In this document: piece after piece, positions 1-9,683 of the stretch
Layout of the letters: each line of letters starts with the position of its first letter
How positions within the stretch are numbered: position 1 is the first letter of the stretch
Assembly: GCA_036262105.1 (NCBI GenBank)
Contig: DATAJN010000512.1
Span: 1-32,780 of the forward strand
Origin: Ilumatobacteraceae bacterium
GTDB taxonomy: Bacteria; Actinomycetota; Acidimicrobiia; Acidimicrobiales; Ilumatobacteraceae
Length of the DNA: 32,780 nucleotides
Direction of reading: 5' to 3'
The notes under the pieces: model-generated
Databases searched by the model: none
Told to the model about the DNA's origin: nothing
What the model saw: only the letters and a program-made list of their open reading frames with translations
Translations under genes and position numbers: made by a program

Positions 1-1
1 C

Positions 2-886
2 CGTGCTGCGGGCAACGCGGGGTATCTCGGGGCGGGCATCCTCGACACTCAGTTCGGTTTCGAGGTCGATGTGCGCCAGGGTGCAGGTGCCTTCGTGTGC
101 GGCGAGGAAACTGCTCTGATCGCGTCGCTGGAGGGCGGCCGCGGCACGCCCACGACGCGGCCGCCCTATCCCGCGGTTGTCGGTCTGTGGGATCAGCCGA
201 CGTTGATCAACAACGTCGAAACCTTCGCCAACGTCGCTTCGATCGTCCGCAACGGGGGCGCTTGGTTCGCCGATATCGGCACGGCCTCGAGCAAGGGTAC
301 GAAGGTCTTCGCTCTTGCCGGACGCGTGGTGAACACGGGACTGATCGAGGTCCCGATGGGCACGACGCTGCGTGAGATCATTTTCGACATCGGCGGAGGC
401 ATCGTCGATGGACGGGCCTTCAAAGCCGTGCAGACCGGCGGTCCATCCGGCGGCTGCATCCCGGCTGAGTTCCTCGACATGGGGGTCGACTACGAATCGC
501 TCGTCGGGGTTGGCTCGTTCATGGGATCCGGGGGGATGATCGTCATGGACGAAACCTCCTGCATGGTCGACGTGGCGAAGTACTTCATGGACTTCTGTCG
601 GGAAGAGTCGTGTGGCAAGTGCGTTCCCTGCCGAGTGGGCACGACGCAGTTGTTCATGCTGCTCGAGCGGATCACGCAAGGAGAGGCGACGATGGACGAC
701 CTCGCCCACATGGAACGACTGGGCCGCATGGTGCAGCGAACGAGCTTGTGCGGGCTGGGCCAAGGCGCGCCGAACCCGGTGTTCAGCACACTGCGCTACT
801 TCCGCGACGAGTACCTCTCGCACATCGTCGACCGGGTCTGTCCGGCCGGTGTATGCACCCTTGAACCGGCGTCGGTGCCCGGATGA
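2..886 (+). CDS. hoxF: Diaphorase subunit HoxF (NuoF-like, NAD(H)/FMN-binding) of a group 3d bidirectional [NiFe]-hydrogenase; 5' end is outside the window
   Basis: The frame is open from the window edge ([40 protein letters not shown]...). It shows the NuoF-type 'GAGA(F/Y)xCGEETAL' motif and C-terminal 4Fe-4S cysteines '[10 protein letters not shown] ... SLCGLG'. Its stop overlaps the next start (ATGA at 883-886). Confidence 0.9.
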   Translation, partial: RAAGNAGYLGAGILDTQFGFEVDVRQGAGAFVCGEETALIASLEGGRGTPTTRPPYPAVVGLWDQPTLINNVETFANVASIVRNGGAWFADIGTASSKGTKVFALAGRVVNTGLIEVPMGTTLREIIFDIGGGIVDGRAFKAVQTGGPSGGCIPAEFLDMGVDYESLVGVGSFMGSGGMIVMDETSCMVDVAKYFMDFCREESCGKCVPCRVGTTQLFMLLERITQGEATMDDLAHMERLGRMVQRTSLCGLGQGAPNPVFSTLRYFRDEYLSHIVDRVCPAGVCTLEPASVPG

Positions 887-1602
887 CGACGGTCTACACC
901 CTGCGGATCGACGGTGCCGATGTCGCCGCGACCGACGGTCAATCGATCCTCGACGTGGCGACGGAGAACGGCATCGACATCCCGACCATGTGCCACCTCG
1001 ATGGGTTGTCGGATACGGGCTCCTGTCGTCTGTGCATCGTCGAGGTCGCCGGCTCGAACAAGCTCACCCCGGCGTGCACGACACGTGTCGCCGAGGGCAT
1101 GGACGTGACCACCAAGTCCGAGCAGCTCACCGAGTACCGCCGCACGATCACCGAGATGCTGTTCCTGGAGCGCAACCACATCTGCGCAGTCTGCGTGGCA
1201 AACAATCATTGTGAGCTGCAGGACCTGGCCGAGGAGCTGCAGATCGACCACTTCGAACTGCCCGCCATCAACCCCTCGGTAGGCATCGACGCCAGTCATC
1301 CGCTCTTCGCCATCGACCACAGCCGTTGCATCATGTGCCTGCGCTGTGTGCGGGTGTGTGGCGAGATCGAGGGTGCGTTCACCTGGGGCGTCATGGGCTC
1401 GGGAATCGAGGCGCGTGTGGTGACCGACATGGGAACCCGATGGGGGGACTCGACGACGTGCACGAGCTGTGGCAAGTGCGTGCAGGTCTGCCCCACTGGC
1501 GCGCTGTTCGAGAACGGCCGCTCGATCGCCGAGGGCAGCAAGGAACGGCGGCCCTTCCTGCCGTACCTCAAGCGGCTCGGTCAGGATCTCGAGCAGCCGT
1601 GA
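883..1602 (+). CDS. hoxU: Diaphorase iron-sulfur subunit HoxU (NuoG N-terminal-like; 2Fe-2S plus 4Fe-4S clusters)
   Basis: N-terminal plant-type ferredoxin fold ([20 protein letters not shown]...PACTT). It also has '[15 protein letters not shown]', '[11 protein letters not shown]' and '[15 protein letters not shown]'. ATGA overlap with hoxF and GTGA overlap with hoxY. Confidence 0.9.
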   Translation: MTTVYTLRIDGADVAATDGQSILDVATENGIDIPTMCHLDGLSDTGSCRLCIVEVAGSNKLTPACTTRVAEGMDVTTKSEQLTEYRRTITEMLFLERNHICAVCVANNHCELQDLAEELQIDHFELPAINPSVGIDASHPLFAIDHSRCIMCLRCVRVCGEIEGAFTWGVMGSGIEARVVTDMGTRWGDSTTCTSCGKCVQVCPTGALFENGRSIAEGSKERRPFLPYLKRLGQDLEQP

Positions 1603-2129
1603 CCAAGCCTTCCCTCGCGACCGTTTGGCTGGATGGCTGCTCGGGCTGCCACATGTCGTTCCTCGACATGGACGAGCGCCTGTTCGACATCGCCGAGCGC
1701 GCCGACATCGTCTACAGCCCGCTCATCGATGTGAAGGAGTACCCGCACGATGTCGACTTCTGCCTCGTCGAAGGGGCAGTGTCGAGCGAAGATGACCTGC
1801 ACAAGATCCTGCTCATCAGAGAGCGGACTCGCACGTTGGTCTCCTTCGGCGATTGTGCGGTCACAGCCAACGTGCCGGCGATGCGCAACCCGATCGGTGT
1901 CAAGCCGCTCCTGGATCGCGCCTACATCGAGAACGTGACCATCAATCCGGGCGTCCCTGTCGACGTCGTCCCGCGCCTGCTGCCGATGGCTCGGCCGGTG
2001 CATCGCGTCGTGAAGGTCGACGTCTACCTACCCGGTTGCCCGCCGTCGGCCGATCTCATCTACCAGTCACTGGTCGACCTGCTCGAGGGTCGCACTCCCG
2101 ACACACGTGGCGCTCGGTTCGGGCGCTGA
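1599..2129 (+). CDS. hoxY: [NiFe]-hydrogenase small subunit HoxY (group 3d)
   Basis: The GTG at 1599 overlaps the hoxU stop (GTGA). The protein begins [23 protein letters not shown], with 'GDCA' and 'LPGCPP' cluster ligands. The longer track ORF from 1326 is an out-of-frame overlap with hoxU. Confidence 0.88.
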   Translation: MTKPSLATVWLDGCSGCHMSFLDMDERLFDIAERADIVYSPLIDVKEYPHDVDFCLVEGAVSSEDDLHKILLIRERTRTLVSFGDCAVTANVPAMRNPIGVKPLLDRAYIENVTINPGVPVDVVPRLLPMARPVHRVVKVDVYLPGCPPSADLIYQSLVDLLEGRTPDTRGARFGR

Positions 2130-2138
2130 GGACAACTC

Positions 2139-3560
2139 ATGACCAACACGATCGTCATCGACCCCGTCACTCGCATCGAGGGTCACTCGAAGATCACGAT
2201 TCATCTCGACGATCGGGGCGAGGTCTCCGACGCTCAGTTCCACGTCACGCAGTTCCGCGGTTTCGAACGCATTGCCCAAGGCCGCCCCGTCCACGAGATG
2301 CCGTCGATCATGGCGCGCATCTGCGGGATCTGCCCGGTCAGCCACCTGATCGCCTCGTCGAAGGCGTGCGACCAGATCCTCGCCGTCGAGCCGCCACCGA
2401 CCGGGGCCGACCTGCGTCGAGTCATGAACCTCGCCCAGATCGTGCAGTCCAATGCGCTCAGCTTCTTCCATCTCTCATCGCCGGATCTCCTGTTCGGTTT
2501 CGACGCCGACCCGGCCCAGCGCAACATCATCGGTGTTGCTCAGGCGAATCCGCAGTTGGCTCGCGATGGTGTCGGCGTTCGCCGGTTCGGGCAGCAGATC
2601 GTCGAATGGCTCGGCGGCAAACGCATCCACCCTTCGTGGATCGTCCCGGGTGGAGTCGACGCTCCGCTGTCGCAAGAAACCCGCGACCGGATCCTGTCGA
2701 CGGTTCCCGAAGCGATCGCCGCCATCGAACGGGCCCTGGCGTGGTACAAGTCGTCATTGCTGCAGTGGGTCGATGAGGCCGAGTCGTTCGGCGACTTCCG
2801 CTCCGCCTTCATGGCACTCGTCGACGCCGACGGCAACGCCGAGCACTACGACGGTTTGCTTCGCGTCGTGGACGCCGACGGCAATCTTCTTGCCGACCGG
2901 ATCGACCCGACCGCATACACCGAGTATCTCGGCGAGGCCGTCGAGCCATGGACGTACCTGAAGTCGACGTACTGGAAGGCGCTCGGTTACCCGGATGGGG
3001 TCTACCGAGTCGGGCCGCTGGCGCGCGTGATCGTTGCCGAACGCATGGGCACGCCGCGTGCCGACATCGAACTCGGCGAGTTCCGAGAGCGCCTCGGACG
3101 AGTTCCCAGCAGCTCCTTCCACTACCACTACGCACGCCTGATCGACGCGCTCTACGCAGCTGAGCGGATCGACGAGCTCCTGCGCGGAGCCGACATCCTC
3201 TTGCCCCGTGTTCGCTCGTTCGCCGGGATCAACAGCGACGAGGGGATCGGGGTCTCCGAGGCACCTCGTGGCACCCTCTTGCATCACTACAAGGTTGACG
3301 CCGATGGGCTCGTCGAGTGGGCGAACCTCGTGATCGCCACTGGTCACAACAACCTGGCGATGAACCGAAGCGTGCTCCAAGTCGCCAAGCGCTACGTCAA
3401 GAGTGCACAGCTCACCGAACCGATGCTGAACCGAGTCGAAGCCGTCATCCGCTGTTTCGACCCGTGTCTTTCGTGTTCGACGCACGCACTCGGCCAGATG
3501 GCTCTTCATGTCCAGCTCCTCGGCCCGGCCGGAGAGGTGCTCGACGAGCTCGTGAGGTGA
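2139..3560 (+). CDS. hoxH: [NiFe]-hydrogenase large subunit HoxH (group 3d)
   Basis: 'RIEGH', N-terminal Ni-Fe ligands '[10 protein letters not shown]' and C-terminal 'DPCLSCSTH', followed by a cleavable tail. Shine-Dalgarno GAGGA at 2128-2132, 6 nt before the ATG. Confidence 0.95.
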   Translation: MTNTIVIDPVTRIEGHSKITIHLDDRGEVSDAQFHVTQFRGFERIAQGRPVHEMPSIMARICGICPVSHLIASSKACDQILAVEPPPTGADLRRVMNLAQIVQSNALSFFHLSSPDLLFGFDADPAQRNIIGVAQANPQLARDGVGVRRFGQQIVEWLGGKRIHPSWIVPGGVDAPLSQETRDRILSTVPEAIAAIERALAWYKSSLLQWVDEAESFGDFRSAFMALVDADGNAEHYDGLLRVVDADGNLLADRIDPTAYTEYLGEAVEPWTYLKSTYWKALGYPDGVYRVGPLARVIVAERMGTPRADIELGEFRERLGRVPSSSFHYHYARLIDALYAAERIDELLRGADILLPRVRSFAGINSDEGIGVSEAPRGTLLHHYKVDADGLVEWANLVIATGHNNLAMNRSVLQVAKRYVKSAQLTEPMLNRVEAVIRCFDPCLSCSTHALGQMALHVQLLGPAGEVLDELVR

Positions 3561-4015
3561 TCGACGGGGTCCTGGTCGTGGGGTACGGCAATGCGCTACG
3601 TACCGACGACGGGCTCGGCTGGCACGCTGCCGAACGCTTGGCCCAGGACCCGCGTTTCGATGGCGTGGTGGTGCTCCAACGGCATCAGCTGACGCTCGAG
3701 CTGGCCCTCGACATCAGTACGGCGACACTCGTGGTGCTCGTCGACTCAACGAGCGGTTCGGCCCCCGGTGACCTGGCCGTGAGCCGCGTCGCGCGGGCGA
3801 CTGCCGGCGAGAGCACGTGGTCGCATCACCTCGGTCCGGGCGTCCTCGTCGCACTCGCCCACGAGCTGTACGGGCGAGCAGCCGACGTGTTCGTCGTCAG
3901 TTGTGGTGTGCAGTCGTTGGAGATCGGTGATCGCCTGTCGCCGCTGGTCGAGGCGGCACTGCCCAGGGTGGTCGACGCCGTGGCCGACCTCGTGGCCAGC
4001 CTCACCGTGATCTGA
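3557..4015 (+). CDS. hoxW: Hydrogenase maturation endopeptidase (HoxW-type)
   Basis: The GTG at 3557 overlaps the hoxH stop. It has 'VVGYGNALRTDDGLG', the GxGNxxxxDDGxG signature of HybD/HoxW proteases. The upstream part of the track ORF (3317-3556) is an out-of-frame overlap with hoxH. Confidence 0.85.
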   Translation: MIDGVLVVGYGNALRTDDGLGWHAAERLAQDPRFDGVVVLQRHQLTLELALDISTATLVVLVDSTSGSAPGDLAVSRVARATAGESTWSHHLGPGVLVALAHELYGRAADVFVVSCGVQSLEIGDRLSPLVEAALPRVVDAVADLVASLTVI

Positions 4016-4049
4016 TCGCCGGCCAGGGAACCGTATGACACCCCCTTGG

Positions 4050-4055
4050 TAGGGT
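4050..4055 (+). promoter_or_regulatory. Candidate -10 hexamer TAGGGT (TANNNT) for a leaderless cyclase transcript
   Basis: The hexamer ends 7 nt before the A of the ATG at 4062, and no Shine-Dalgarno lies in between. The same geometry recurs at four other gene starts in this window. Confidence 0.35.
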
Positions 4056-4061
4056 CGTCAC

Positions 4062-4892
4062 ATGCCTCGTCTCGACCCGAGGGAACGTGCGGCATTGCCC
4101 GACCGCGCGTTTGCCTACATCGATACCAGCGGGCGGCGCCGGCTGCCGATCCACGACGCCGCTCACGTCCGCAACGCCCTCGTACGCTTCGGCCAGGTCG
4201 GGTTCGAAACCGAACGCGCCCGCGAACAAGCGCGCCTGCGGCTGCTCAACGCGGCAAAGAGGTTCAAGATCGTTCCGGTCGGCTTCATTGCCGGGCAGTT
4301 GCAGACCGAGCGAACGCTCGGCCAGCGCGACGAGCCGCTGGTTCAACTGCCGTCGGGCTTTGTGACGATGTTGATGACCGACATCGAGGGTTCGACGGCT
4401 CTGGTGCAACACCTGGGCGAGCGGTATCGGGAACTGATCGACGAGGTCTGGGCGATCCTGCGCCGTTCGGTCGACGGCTCCGGTGGCCATGAGGTCGAGG
4501 CTCGAGCCGACGAGTTCTTCGCCGTGTTCGAAGCGCCACGGTGTGCAGTCGATGCGGCCATCACGATGCAACGCGAGTTGCTCGGCCGCTCGTGGTCCGA
4601 CGACCTCGACGTGCGCGTGCGCATCGGTATCCACAGTGGGTATCCGACGTCGACGCCCGACAACTACATCGGGATGGATGTGCACACCGCGTCACGCATC
4701 ACCGCGGTCGGTCACGGCGGCCAGGTCGTCGTGTCGGCCAACACTCGCGAGGCCGTCAAGGCGTCGGCTCCCGAGGGGGTGCGCTTCAAGTCGCTCGGCT
4801 CGTACAAGCTGCGCGGCCTGCCCGAGGCGGTGGCGCTGTACCAGGTTGGGGCGAAGGGGCTGCCAGGCCTATTTCCCGCGCTGCGAACCTGA
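4062..4892 (+). CDS. Class III adenylate/guanylate cyclase domain protein with a short N-terminal 'RxLPIHDxxHVRNA' module
   Basis: The catalytic core reads 'FVTMLMTDIEGSTAL', 'GGHEVEARADEFFAVF', 'RVRIGIHSGYP', 'IGMDVHTASRI' and 'VVVSANT'. The N-terminal ~75 aa (PDRAFAYIDTSGRRRLPIHDAAHVRNALVRFGQ) form a separate small module. Confidence 0.85.
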   Translation: MPRLDPRERAALPDRAFAYIDTSGRRRLPIHDAAHVRNALVRFGQVGFETERAREQARLRLLNAAKRFKIVPVGFIAGQLQTERTLGQRDEPLVQLPSGFVTMLMTDIEGSTALVQHLGERYRELIDEVWAILRRSVDGSGGHEVEARADEFFAVFEAPRCAVDAAITMQRELLGRSWSDDLDVRVRIGIHSGYPTSTPDNYIGMDVHTASRITAVGHGGQVVVSANTREAVKASAPEGVRFKSLGSYKLRGLPEAVALYQVGAKGLPGLFPALRT

Positions 4893-4943
4893 GCCGCGAA
4901 GCGCCTTGCAGATGCCCCGGCTTGTCCGGCAGGCTTTCCCGAC

Positions 4944-5801
4944 ATGGATTGGCCGACGTGGGACCAAGCTGCGGTAGCCGCAGTGCTGTGCGGTCTCACG
5001 GCGGTCGTTGTCCGACGAACACGCCCGACGAGGCTGCGTTCGATCCTGTTGCCCGCAGCCGTCGAGCTGAGCTTGATGTCGGCGCTGTACTCGGTGTGGC
5101 GGCTGGCCAGGGTGCTGCCGCTCGATCGACAGCAGGGTGCAATCGAGCGGGCCCGCCAGATCAATCGACTCCAACACGACCTTCGTATTCCCAGCGAGCT
5201 GTCGCTGCAGCACTTCGTGCTCGCTCACGAATGGCTCGGACGGTTCATGAACTACTACTACGCCATTCTTCACGTCCCGGCTCTGATCACGTTCATGGTC
5301 TGGCTGTTCGTGAGCCATCGCGACCGCTACTCCCACTGGCGAAACGCTCTGGCCATCCTGACCGCATTCTGCGTGATCATCCGGTTCATCAGGGTCGCCC
5401 CTCCGCGGTTCCTCGCCGATCTCGGATACATCGATCTGTCCTCGCGTTTCGGGTTGTCGGTCTACGGTCCGGTCGGCACCGGCGTATCCGACCAGTTCGC
5501 AGCGATGCCGTCGATCCACGTCGGCTGGGCAGCGGTCGTGTCGTTCGGCGTGGTCGCTGCCGGCACCAGTCGCTGGCGCTGGGTGGCCCTCTTCCACGTG
5601 ATCATGACGATGCTCGCTGTTTCCGCCACGGGCAACCACTGGTGGCTCGACGGCATCGTGGCAATCGCTCTGCTGGGCGTCGCTTTGCTGATCGACAGCG
5701 GCGGCCGGCGCGTGTTGAAGCTTCGCGGGGCACGAGCAGCTGGAGGTGACGTCGACTACTCGTTGAGCCCGGGCGACGACGTCGCCTTGGAACCTGCTTG
5801 A
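4944..5801 (+). CDS. PAP2-superfamily integral membrane protein (PAP2_3 / inositolphosphotransferase-like)
   Basis: It has several hydrophobic spans. The C-terminal PAP2 motifs are 'FAAMPSIHVGWA' (SxH) and 'ATGNHWWLDG' (HxxxD). Confidence 0.75.
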   Translation: MDWPTWDQAAVAAVLCGLTAVVVRRTRPTRLRSILLPAAVELSLMSALYSVWRLARVLPLDRQQGAIERARQINRLQHDLRIPSELSLQHFVLAHEWLGRFMNYYYAILHVPALITFMVWLFVSHRDRYSHWRNALAILTAFCVIIRFIRVAPPRFLADLGYIDLSSRFGLSVYGPVGTGVSDQFAAMPSIHVGWAAVVSFGVVAAGTSRWRWVALFHVIMTMLAVSATGNHWWLDGIVAIALLGVALLIDSGGRRVLKLRGARAAGGDVDYSLSPGDDVALEPA

Positions 5802-6274
5802 GCGAGCGACTCCGCAGCCAGCCATTCATCGACGATTCCACAAATCGTGTCGGCAGCGTCGTCGAGCTTGGCAGCGACCGCGGCTGACAGACCGAGACCG
5901 AGCGAGGTCTCCCCGACCTCGATGCCGACCACGACCAGCGTGCTCGGTAAGCGGTCGAGTGCGCCGCCGAGAGCGATGCCATCGGCCACGCCGAGCGCAT
6001 GGCTGCCGATCGACGGAGCGGCACGAGCGAGTGCACTCTTGTCACGCCATACGTGAATCGTTCCCGGCACGGCGCCGCTGCGTACCGCATCGACCACGAC
6101 GGCGAGGTCGACATCGGTCCACGCCTCGATCAGGCGACTGGGCTCTCCATCTGCTTCGACAACCTCGACGTCGGGTTCGAGCCTCCCGACCGCTGTCTCT
6201 ATGACGGCTCGGCCGACTCCATCATCGCCGCGCCATGGGTTGCCAACACCGATGAGAACGATGCGCGGAGTCAA
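5756..6274 (-). CDS. Hydrogenase maturation endopeptidase for the group 3b enzyme
   Basis: It has '[17 protein letters not shown]'. The likely TTG start at 6274 overlaps the hyhL stop (TTGA). The track ORF runs to a GTG at 6322 inside hyhL, so the start is uncertain. Confidence 0.8.
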   Translation of the reverse strand: MTPRIVLIGVGNPWRGDDGVGRAVIETAVGRLEPDVEVVEADGEPSRLIEAWTDVDLAVVVDAVRSGAVPGTIHVWRDKSALARAAPSIGSHALGVADGIALGGALDRLPSTLVVVGIEVGETSLGLGLSAAVAAKLDDAADTICGIVDEWLAAESLAQAGSKATSSPGLNE

Positions 6275-7575
6275 GAGCGGTCGACAGTGAGGTCGAGGAA
6301 GTGAGTCGCGCAGGAGATGCACGGGTCGTAGCTGCGTATGACCTGCTCGGCACGATGACCGAGCTCGTCGTCGACGAGATCGAGGTTCTCTTCGACGAAG
6401 TGGAACAAGTCGCGTTCGATGCCTGCCTGGTTCTGCGAGGTCGGGGGAACGATCCGCGCCGTGAGGATCGTGCCCTCGTCGTCGAGTTCGTAGCGATGCA
6501 ACAGCATTCCCCGCGGCGCCTCGGTCCAGCCGTGGCCGACTCCTGCCCGCGGTTGCACGTCGATCGCCGGACGATCGGGCTCCCGATAGCGGTCGATGAT
6601 GGCCAAGCCCTCGTCGCAGGCGTGCAGGACCTCGACAGCGCGAACCACGATCGAGCGGAAGGGGTTGCGTTCGTCCGACGACAACCCTGCGGCGACCGCA
6701 GCGTCGCGGGCCAACGGGGTGAGCTCGTCGTAGTTCAGGGCGAAGCGGGCGAGCGGACCGAGCAGATATTCGCCGCGCGAGAGAATGCGGGCGTGGAGCG
6801 CTGTCGAGTGCTCGACGTGCTCTTCCACGACGTGCTGGTCGAACTCTTCGGGGCCGATGTCGAGACCCATGGTCGACACGAGCCGGCCACGAGTGATCGG
6901 GTACTCACCAGGTTGGCGGAGCGCAACCAGCTCGCCGTGCCATTGATGATCGGGGAAGTCGAACCCGGCCACCCATCGGACCGTCTCGAGAGCGAGGTCT
7001 CGGGCGTGCTCCAATCGCGGTCTGAATGCCTGCAACTCGGCCTCGGTCGGGACCCGGTAGAAGCCGCCGATCCGAACGTTGACCGGATGTATCGCTCGGC
7101 CTCCGAGCAGGTCCACCAGCTGGTTGCCGATCTTCTTCAGGTCGAGACCACGTTGGACGAGAGCGCGGTGGGCGCCGGCCAGTTCGATGGCGCCGTCGTA
7201 GCCGAAGAAATCGGGCGCGTGCAGCAGATAGATGTGCAGCGTGTGGCTTTCGATCCACTCGCCGCAGTACAGGAGCCGTCGCAGATCACCGAGCATCCCG
7301 TCGACGGTGATGCCGCAGGCTGCCTCGATCGCGTTGCACGAGCTCATCTGGTAGGCGACCGGGCAGATGCCACAGATGCGGGCGGTGATGTCGGGCGGCT
7401 CCGTGTAGGCCCGACCACGCAGGAACGCCTCGAAGAACCTCGGCGGCTCGTAGATGCGCAGCTGGACGAGCCGCACCTGGCCGTCGCGGATCACGACGTG
7501 CATCGCCCCTTCGCCCTCGACCCTGGCGAGCGCCTCGACCGTGAACGTCCGATCGGTGTCGGGCCGTTGCGTCAC
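6271..7575 (-). CDS. hyhL: [NiFe]-hydrogenase large subunit, group 3b (sulfhydrogenase alpha-type)
   Basis: 'VEGEG', '[12 protein letters not shown]' and C-terminal '[11 protein letters not shown]'. The GTG at 7575 overlaps the hyhS stop (GTGA). The upstream 320 codons of the 754-aa track ORF are an Arg/Pro-rich out-of-frame overlap with hyhS. Confidence 0.9.
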   Translation of the reverse strand: MTQRPDTDRTFTVEALARVEGEGAMHVVIRDGQVRLVQLRIYEPPRFFEAFLRGRAYTEPPDITARICGICPVAYQMSSCNAIEAACGITVDGMLGDLRRLLYCGEWIESHTLHIYLLHAPDFFGYDGAIELAGAHRALVQRGLDLKKIGNQLVDLLGGRAIHPVNVRIGGFYRVPTEAELQAFRPRLEHARDLALETVRWVAGFDFPDHQWHGELVALRQPGEYPITRGRLVSTMGLDIGPEEFDQHVVEEHVEHSTALHARILSRGEYLLGPLARFALNYDELTPLARDAAVAAGLSSDERNPFRSIVVRAVEVLHACDEGLAIIDRYREPDRPAIDVQPRAGVGHGWTEAPRGMLLHRYELDDEGTILTARIVPPTSQNQAGIERDLFHFVEENLDLVDDELGHRAEQVIRSYDPCISCATHFLDLTVDRS

Positions 7576-8369
7576 GCCGGGCCTCGTTGCGCAGTGAGGC
7601 GTTCGCTCTCCGCTCGGAAGGGTTCGGCATTGGTGTTGAAGGTGCGAAGCATCCGCACGAGGTCGATGCGAGCCACACCCAGTCGTTCCAGCTGCTCGCT
7701 CATCGATGTGGGGTTCGAGTCCTCCGCTGGCCCGAAGCAGCCGTAGCAACCCCGTGCGTACGACGGGCACAGGGCCCCACAACCCGCATGGGTGACCGGG
7801 CCGAGGCACGGCGTGCCGTTGGACACCATCACGCACACGTTGCCGCGCAACTTGCATTCCACACAAACGCTGTGGCCTGCGACGTTTGGCCGGCGCTCGC
7901 CGATGAAGGCGGTGAGCACTTCGAGCAGTTGATGTTTGTCGATCGGGCAGCCGCGCAACTCGAAGTCGACGTGAACGTGATCGCTGATCGGAGTCGATGT
8001 GGCCAGCGTGGAGATGAACGATGGCGTGGCGTAGACGATGCCCAGGTACTCGTCGATGTCGGAGTAGTTCCGCAACGCCTGTATGCCGCCCGACGTGGCG
8101 CACGCGCCGACCGTGACGAGGAACCGCGACGACTCGCGGATCGTGCGGATTCGTTCGATGTCGTGCTCCGTGGTGACCGAGCCTTCGACGATCGACAGAT
8201 CGTATGGTCCAGCGATCGTCGCCCGAGTCGCTTCGAGGAAGTAGGCGATCTGCACTCGGTCGGTGACCGCCAGCAGTTCGTCCTCGCAGTCGAGGAGCGT
8301 CAACTGGCATCCGTCGCACGATGCGAACTTCCACACCGCGATGGTTGGCTTGGTGGTCGACGTCACCAT
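7572..8369 (-). CDS. hyhS: [NiFe]-hydrogenase small subunit, group 3b (delta-type)
   Basis: It begins [22 protein letters not shown] and has 'GACATSGG', 'RGCP' and the C-terminal Cys-rich stretch '[12 protein letters not shown]...[15 protein letters not shown]'. The ATG at 8369 lies 7 nt inside the hyhG 3' end. Confidence 0.9.
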   Translation of the reverse strand: MVTSTTKPTIAVWKFASCDGCQLTLLDCEDELLAVTDRVQIAYFLEATRATIAGPYDLSIVEGSVTTEHDIERIRTIRESSRFLVTVGACATSGGIQALRNYSDIDEYLGIVYATPSFISTLATSTPISDHVHVDFELRGCPIDKHQLLEVLTAFIGERRPNVAGHSVCVECKLRGNVCVMVSNGTPCLGPVTHAGCGALCPSYARGCYGCFGPAEDSNPTSMSEQLERLGVARIDLVRMLRTFNTNAEPFRAESERLTAQRGPA

Positions 8370-9223
8370 CGTCGCACCGCCAACAATCCCGCAGCGGTGG
8401 TCCAGCTGACAACCGGGCCGTCGGCACAGACGAACAGTGGCCCGAGCTGGCAATGGCCGCACTGTCGCACGGCGCACTGAAAGTTGCGTTCCAGCGATAG
8501 ACGCACCTTGCCGGCGTCGGCGCCGGAGTCCACAATGTTGCGAGCTACCACGCGCATCATCACCTCGGGTCCGCACACGAACGCTGTCGTCAAGCTCGGT
8601 GTGGTCGGAAGCCGCTCGAGCAACGTGGTGACGAGACCGACGTTGCCTGTCCAACCGTGTGTGGCCGCATCGACCGTGATCTCGACGTGCACATCGGGCA
8701 GAGCACGCCACCGCGCGATCTCGTCGGCGTACAACAACTCGTCGGGAGCGCGCGCCCCGATGAGTATGGCGACATGCCCAAACCGCTCGCGGCCGGCGAG
8801 CACCTCGCGGATCACGGGCCGCAGCGGAGCAAGACCGATCCCGCCCGCGACGATCAACACGTCGGAACCCTCGGCAGAGGACACATCCCATCCAACGCCG
8901 AATGGGCCGCGCACTCCAACTGCTGAGCCGGGCCCGAGGCGGCAGAGGGCCCGCGAAGTTGCGCCAACGGCGCGCACGGTGTGCATCAAGACGCCCTCGT
9001 GGCGCGGGCAGCCGCTCACGGAAATGGGCACCTCACCAACGCCGAACACGTAAAGCATCGTGAACTGGCCGGGCTCGGGGTCGTCGATGGAGTCGTCGAT
9101 CGGCACGAGAGACAGCGTCACCGAGTCAGCCGTGTCTTCACGGCGATCCGTGACCCTGTAGCCCAACGGCACCATGGGCCCCGTGAAGGGGGCGGCGACG
9201 GTGGCAGCGAGGTCAGCGGGCAT
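8363..9223 (-). CDS. hyhG: FAD/NAD(P)-binding 2Fe-2S oxidoreductase subunit, group 3b gamma-type (PyrK/AsrB-like)
   Basis: '[15 protein letters not shown]' nucleotide-binding loop and C-terminal '[12 protein letters not shown]...VCADGP' cluster. Confidence 0.85.
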   Translation of the reverse strand: MPADLAATVAAPFTGPMVPLGYRVTDRREDTADSVTLSLVPIDDSIDDPEPGQFTMLYVFGVGEVPISVSGCPRHEGVLMHTVRAVGATSRALCRLGPGSAVGVRGPFGVGWDVSSAEGSDVLIVAGGIGLAPLRPVIREVLAGRERFGHVAILIGARAPDELLYADEIARWRALPDVHVEITVDAATHGWTGNVGLVTTLLERLPTTPSLTTAFVCGPEVMMRVVARNIVDSGADAGKVRLSLERNFQCAVRQCGHCQLGPLFVCADGPVVSWTTAAGLLAVRRW

Positions 9224-9683
9224 TGCCCGCTCCGTAGAGATCGAGTAGCCGAACCCGTGTCATCTGCAGCCGGTCGACGATGACCTGGGCGAATCGTTTC
9301 ATCACGCGATAGCCAAATGCGGGGTCGGTCTCGCACTTGTCGCGAAGGCACGAGGCGTCGATCACGATGGCCTTCGTCGTCGCGACTGCTTCGACATCGA
9401 AGGCCCAAACGTACGGCGGAAACAGCCACGACCACCCGACCAGATCACCGGAGCCGATCGTTTCGATCAGCAACGATCCCGTCGATGAGTGAAGTTCGAG
9501 CGCCACCTTTCCCTCACGGACAACGAAGAAGTGGTTGGCAGGCTCGTCTTCATGGGCGAGGAAGGTGCCGGCCTCGAACACCTGGTTGCGTGCGCACCCT
9601 GCCATCAGGTCGATGTCCGCGGGCTCGAGATCGAGGAGCACGGGTTGCGCGGCGAGCAGATCGCGGATCGATGTGAGGTTCAT
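9213..9683 (-). CDS. Stand-alone cyclic-nucleotide-binding-fold protein (no HTH) embedded in the hyh operon
   Basis: The ATG at 9683 overlaps the hyhB stop (ATGA), and its own stop lies 11 nt inside hyhG. It has a CNB-like beta-barrel string: '[16 protein letters not shown]...[25 protein letters not shown]'. The upstream part of the track ORF (9684-10004) overlaps hyhB out of frame. Confidence 0.8.
   Translation of the reverse strand: MNLTSIRDLLAAQPVLLDLEPADIDLMAGCARNQVFEAGTFLAHEDEPANHFFVVREGKVALELHSSTGSLLIETIGSGDLVGWSWLFPPYVWAFDVEAVATTKAIVIDASCLRDKCETDPAFGYRVMKRFAQVIVDRLQMTRVRLLDLYGAGNAR

Noticed and set aside
4541-5749. A 402-aa plus-strand ORF, plus the 318-aa minus-strand ORF at 4869-5825.
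   Set aside because: They are alternative-frame or antisense to the cyclase and PAP2 genes, which have clear motifs. Their translations are Arg/Pro-rich and low in complexity.
6160-6195. A tRNA T-arm-like string, tcgggttcgagcctcccga.
   Set aside because: The loop would be 9 nt rather than 7, no acceptor, D or anticodon arms can be drawn from the flanks, and it lies inside the protease coding sequence.
6301-7746. A 481-aa plus-strand ORF.
   Set aside because: It is antisense to hyhL, has no recognisable motifs and has the skewed composition typical of shadow ORFs in high-GC DNA.
7576-8535. The 754-aa track ORF (6271-8535) could be read as a giant fused hydrogenase subunit.
   Set aside because: Only the last 434 residues are hydrogenase-like. 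The upstream 320 codons are Arg/Pro/His-rich, overlap hyhS in another frame, and a GTG at 7575 couples neatly to the hyhS stop.
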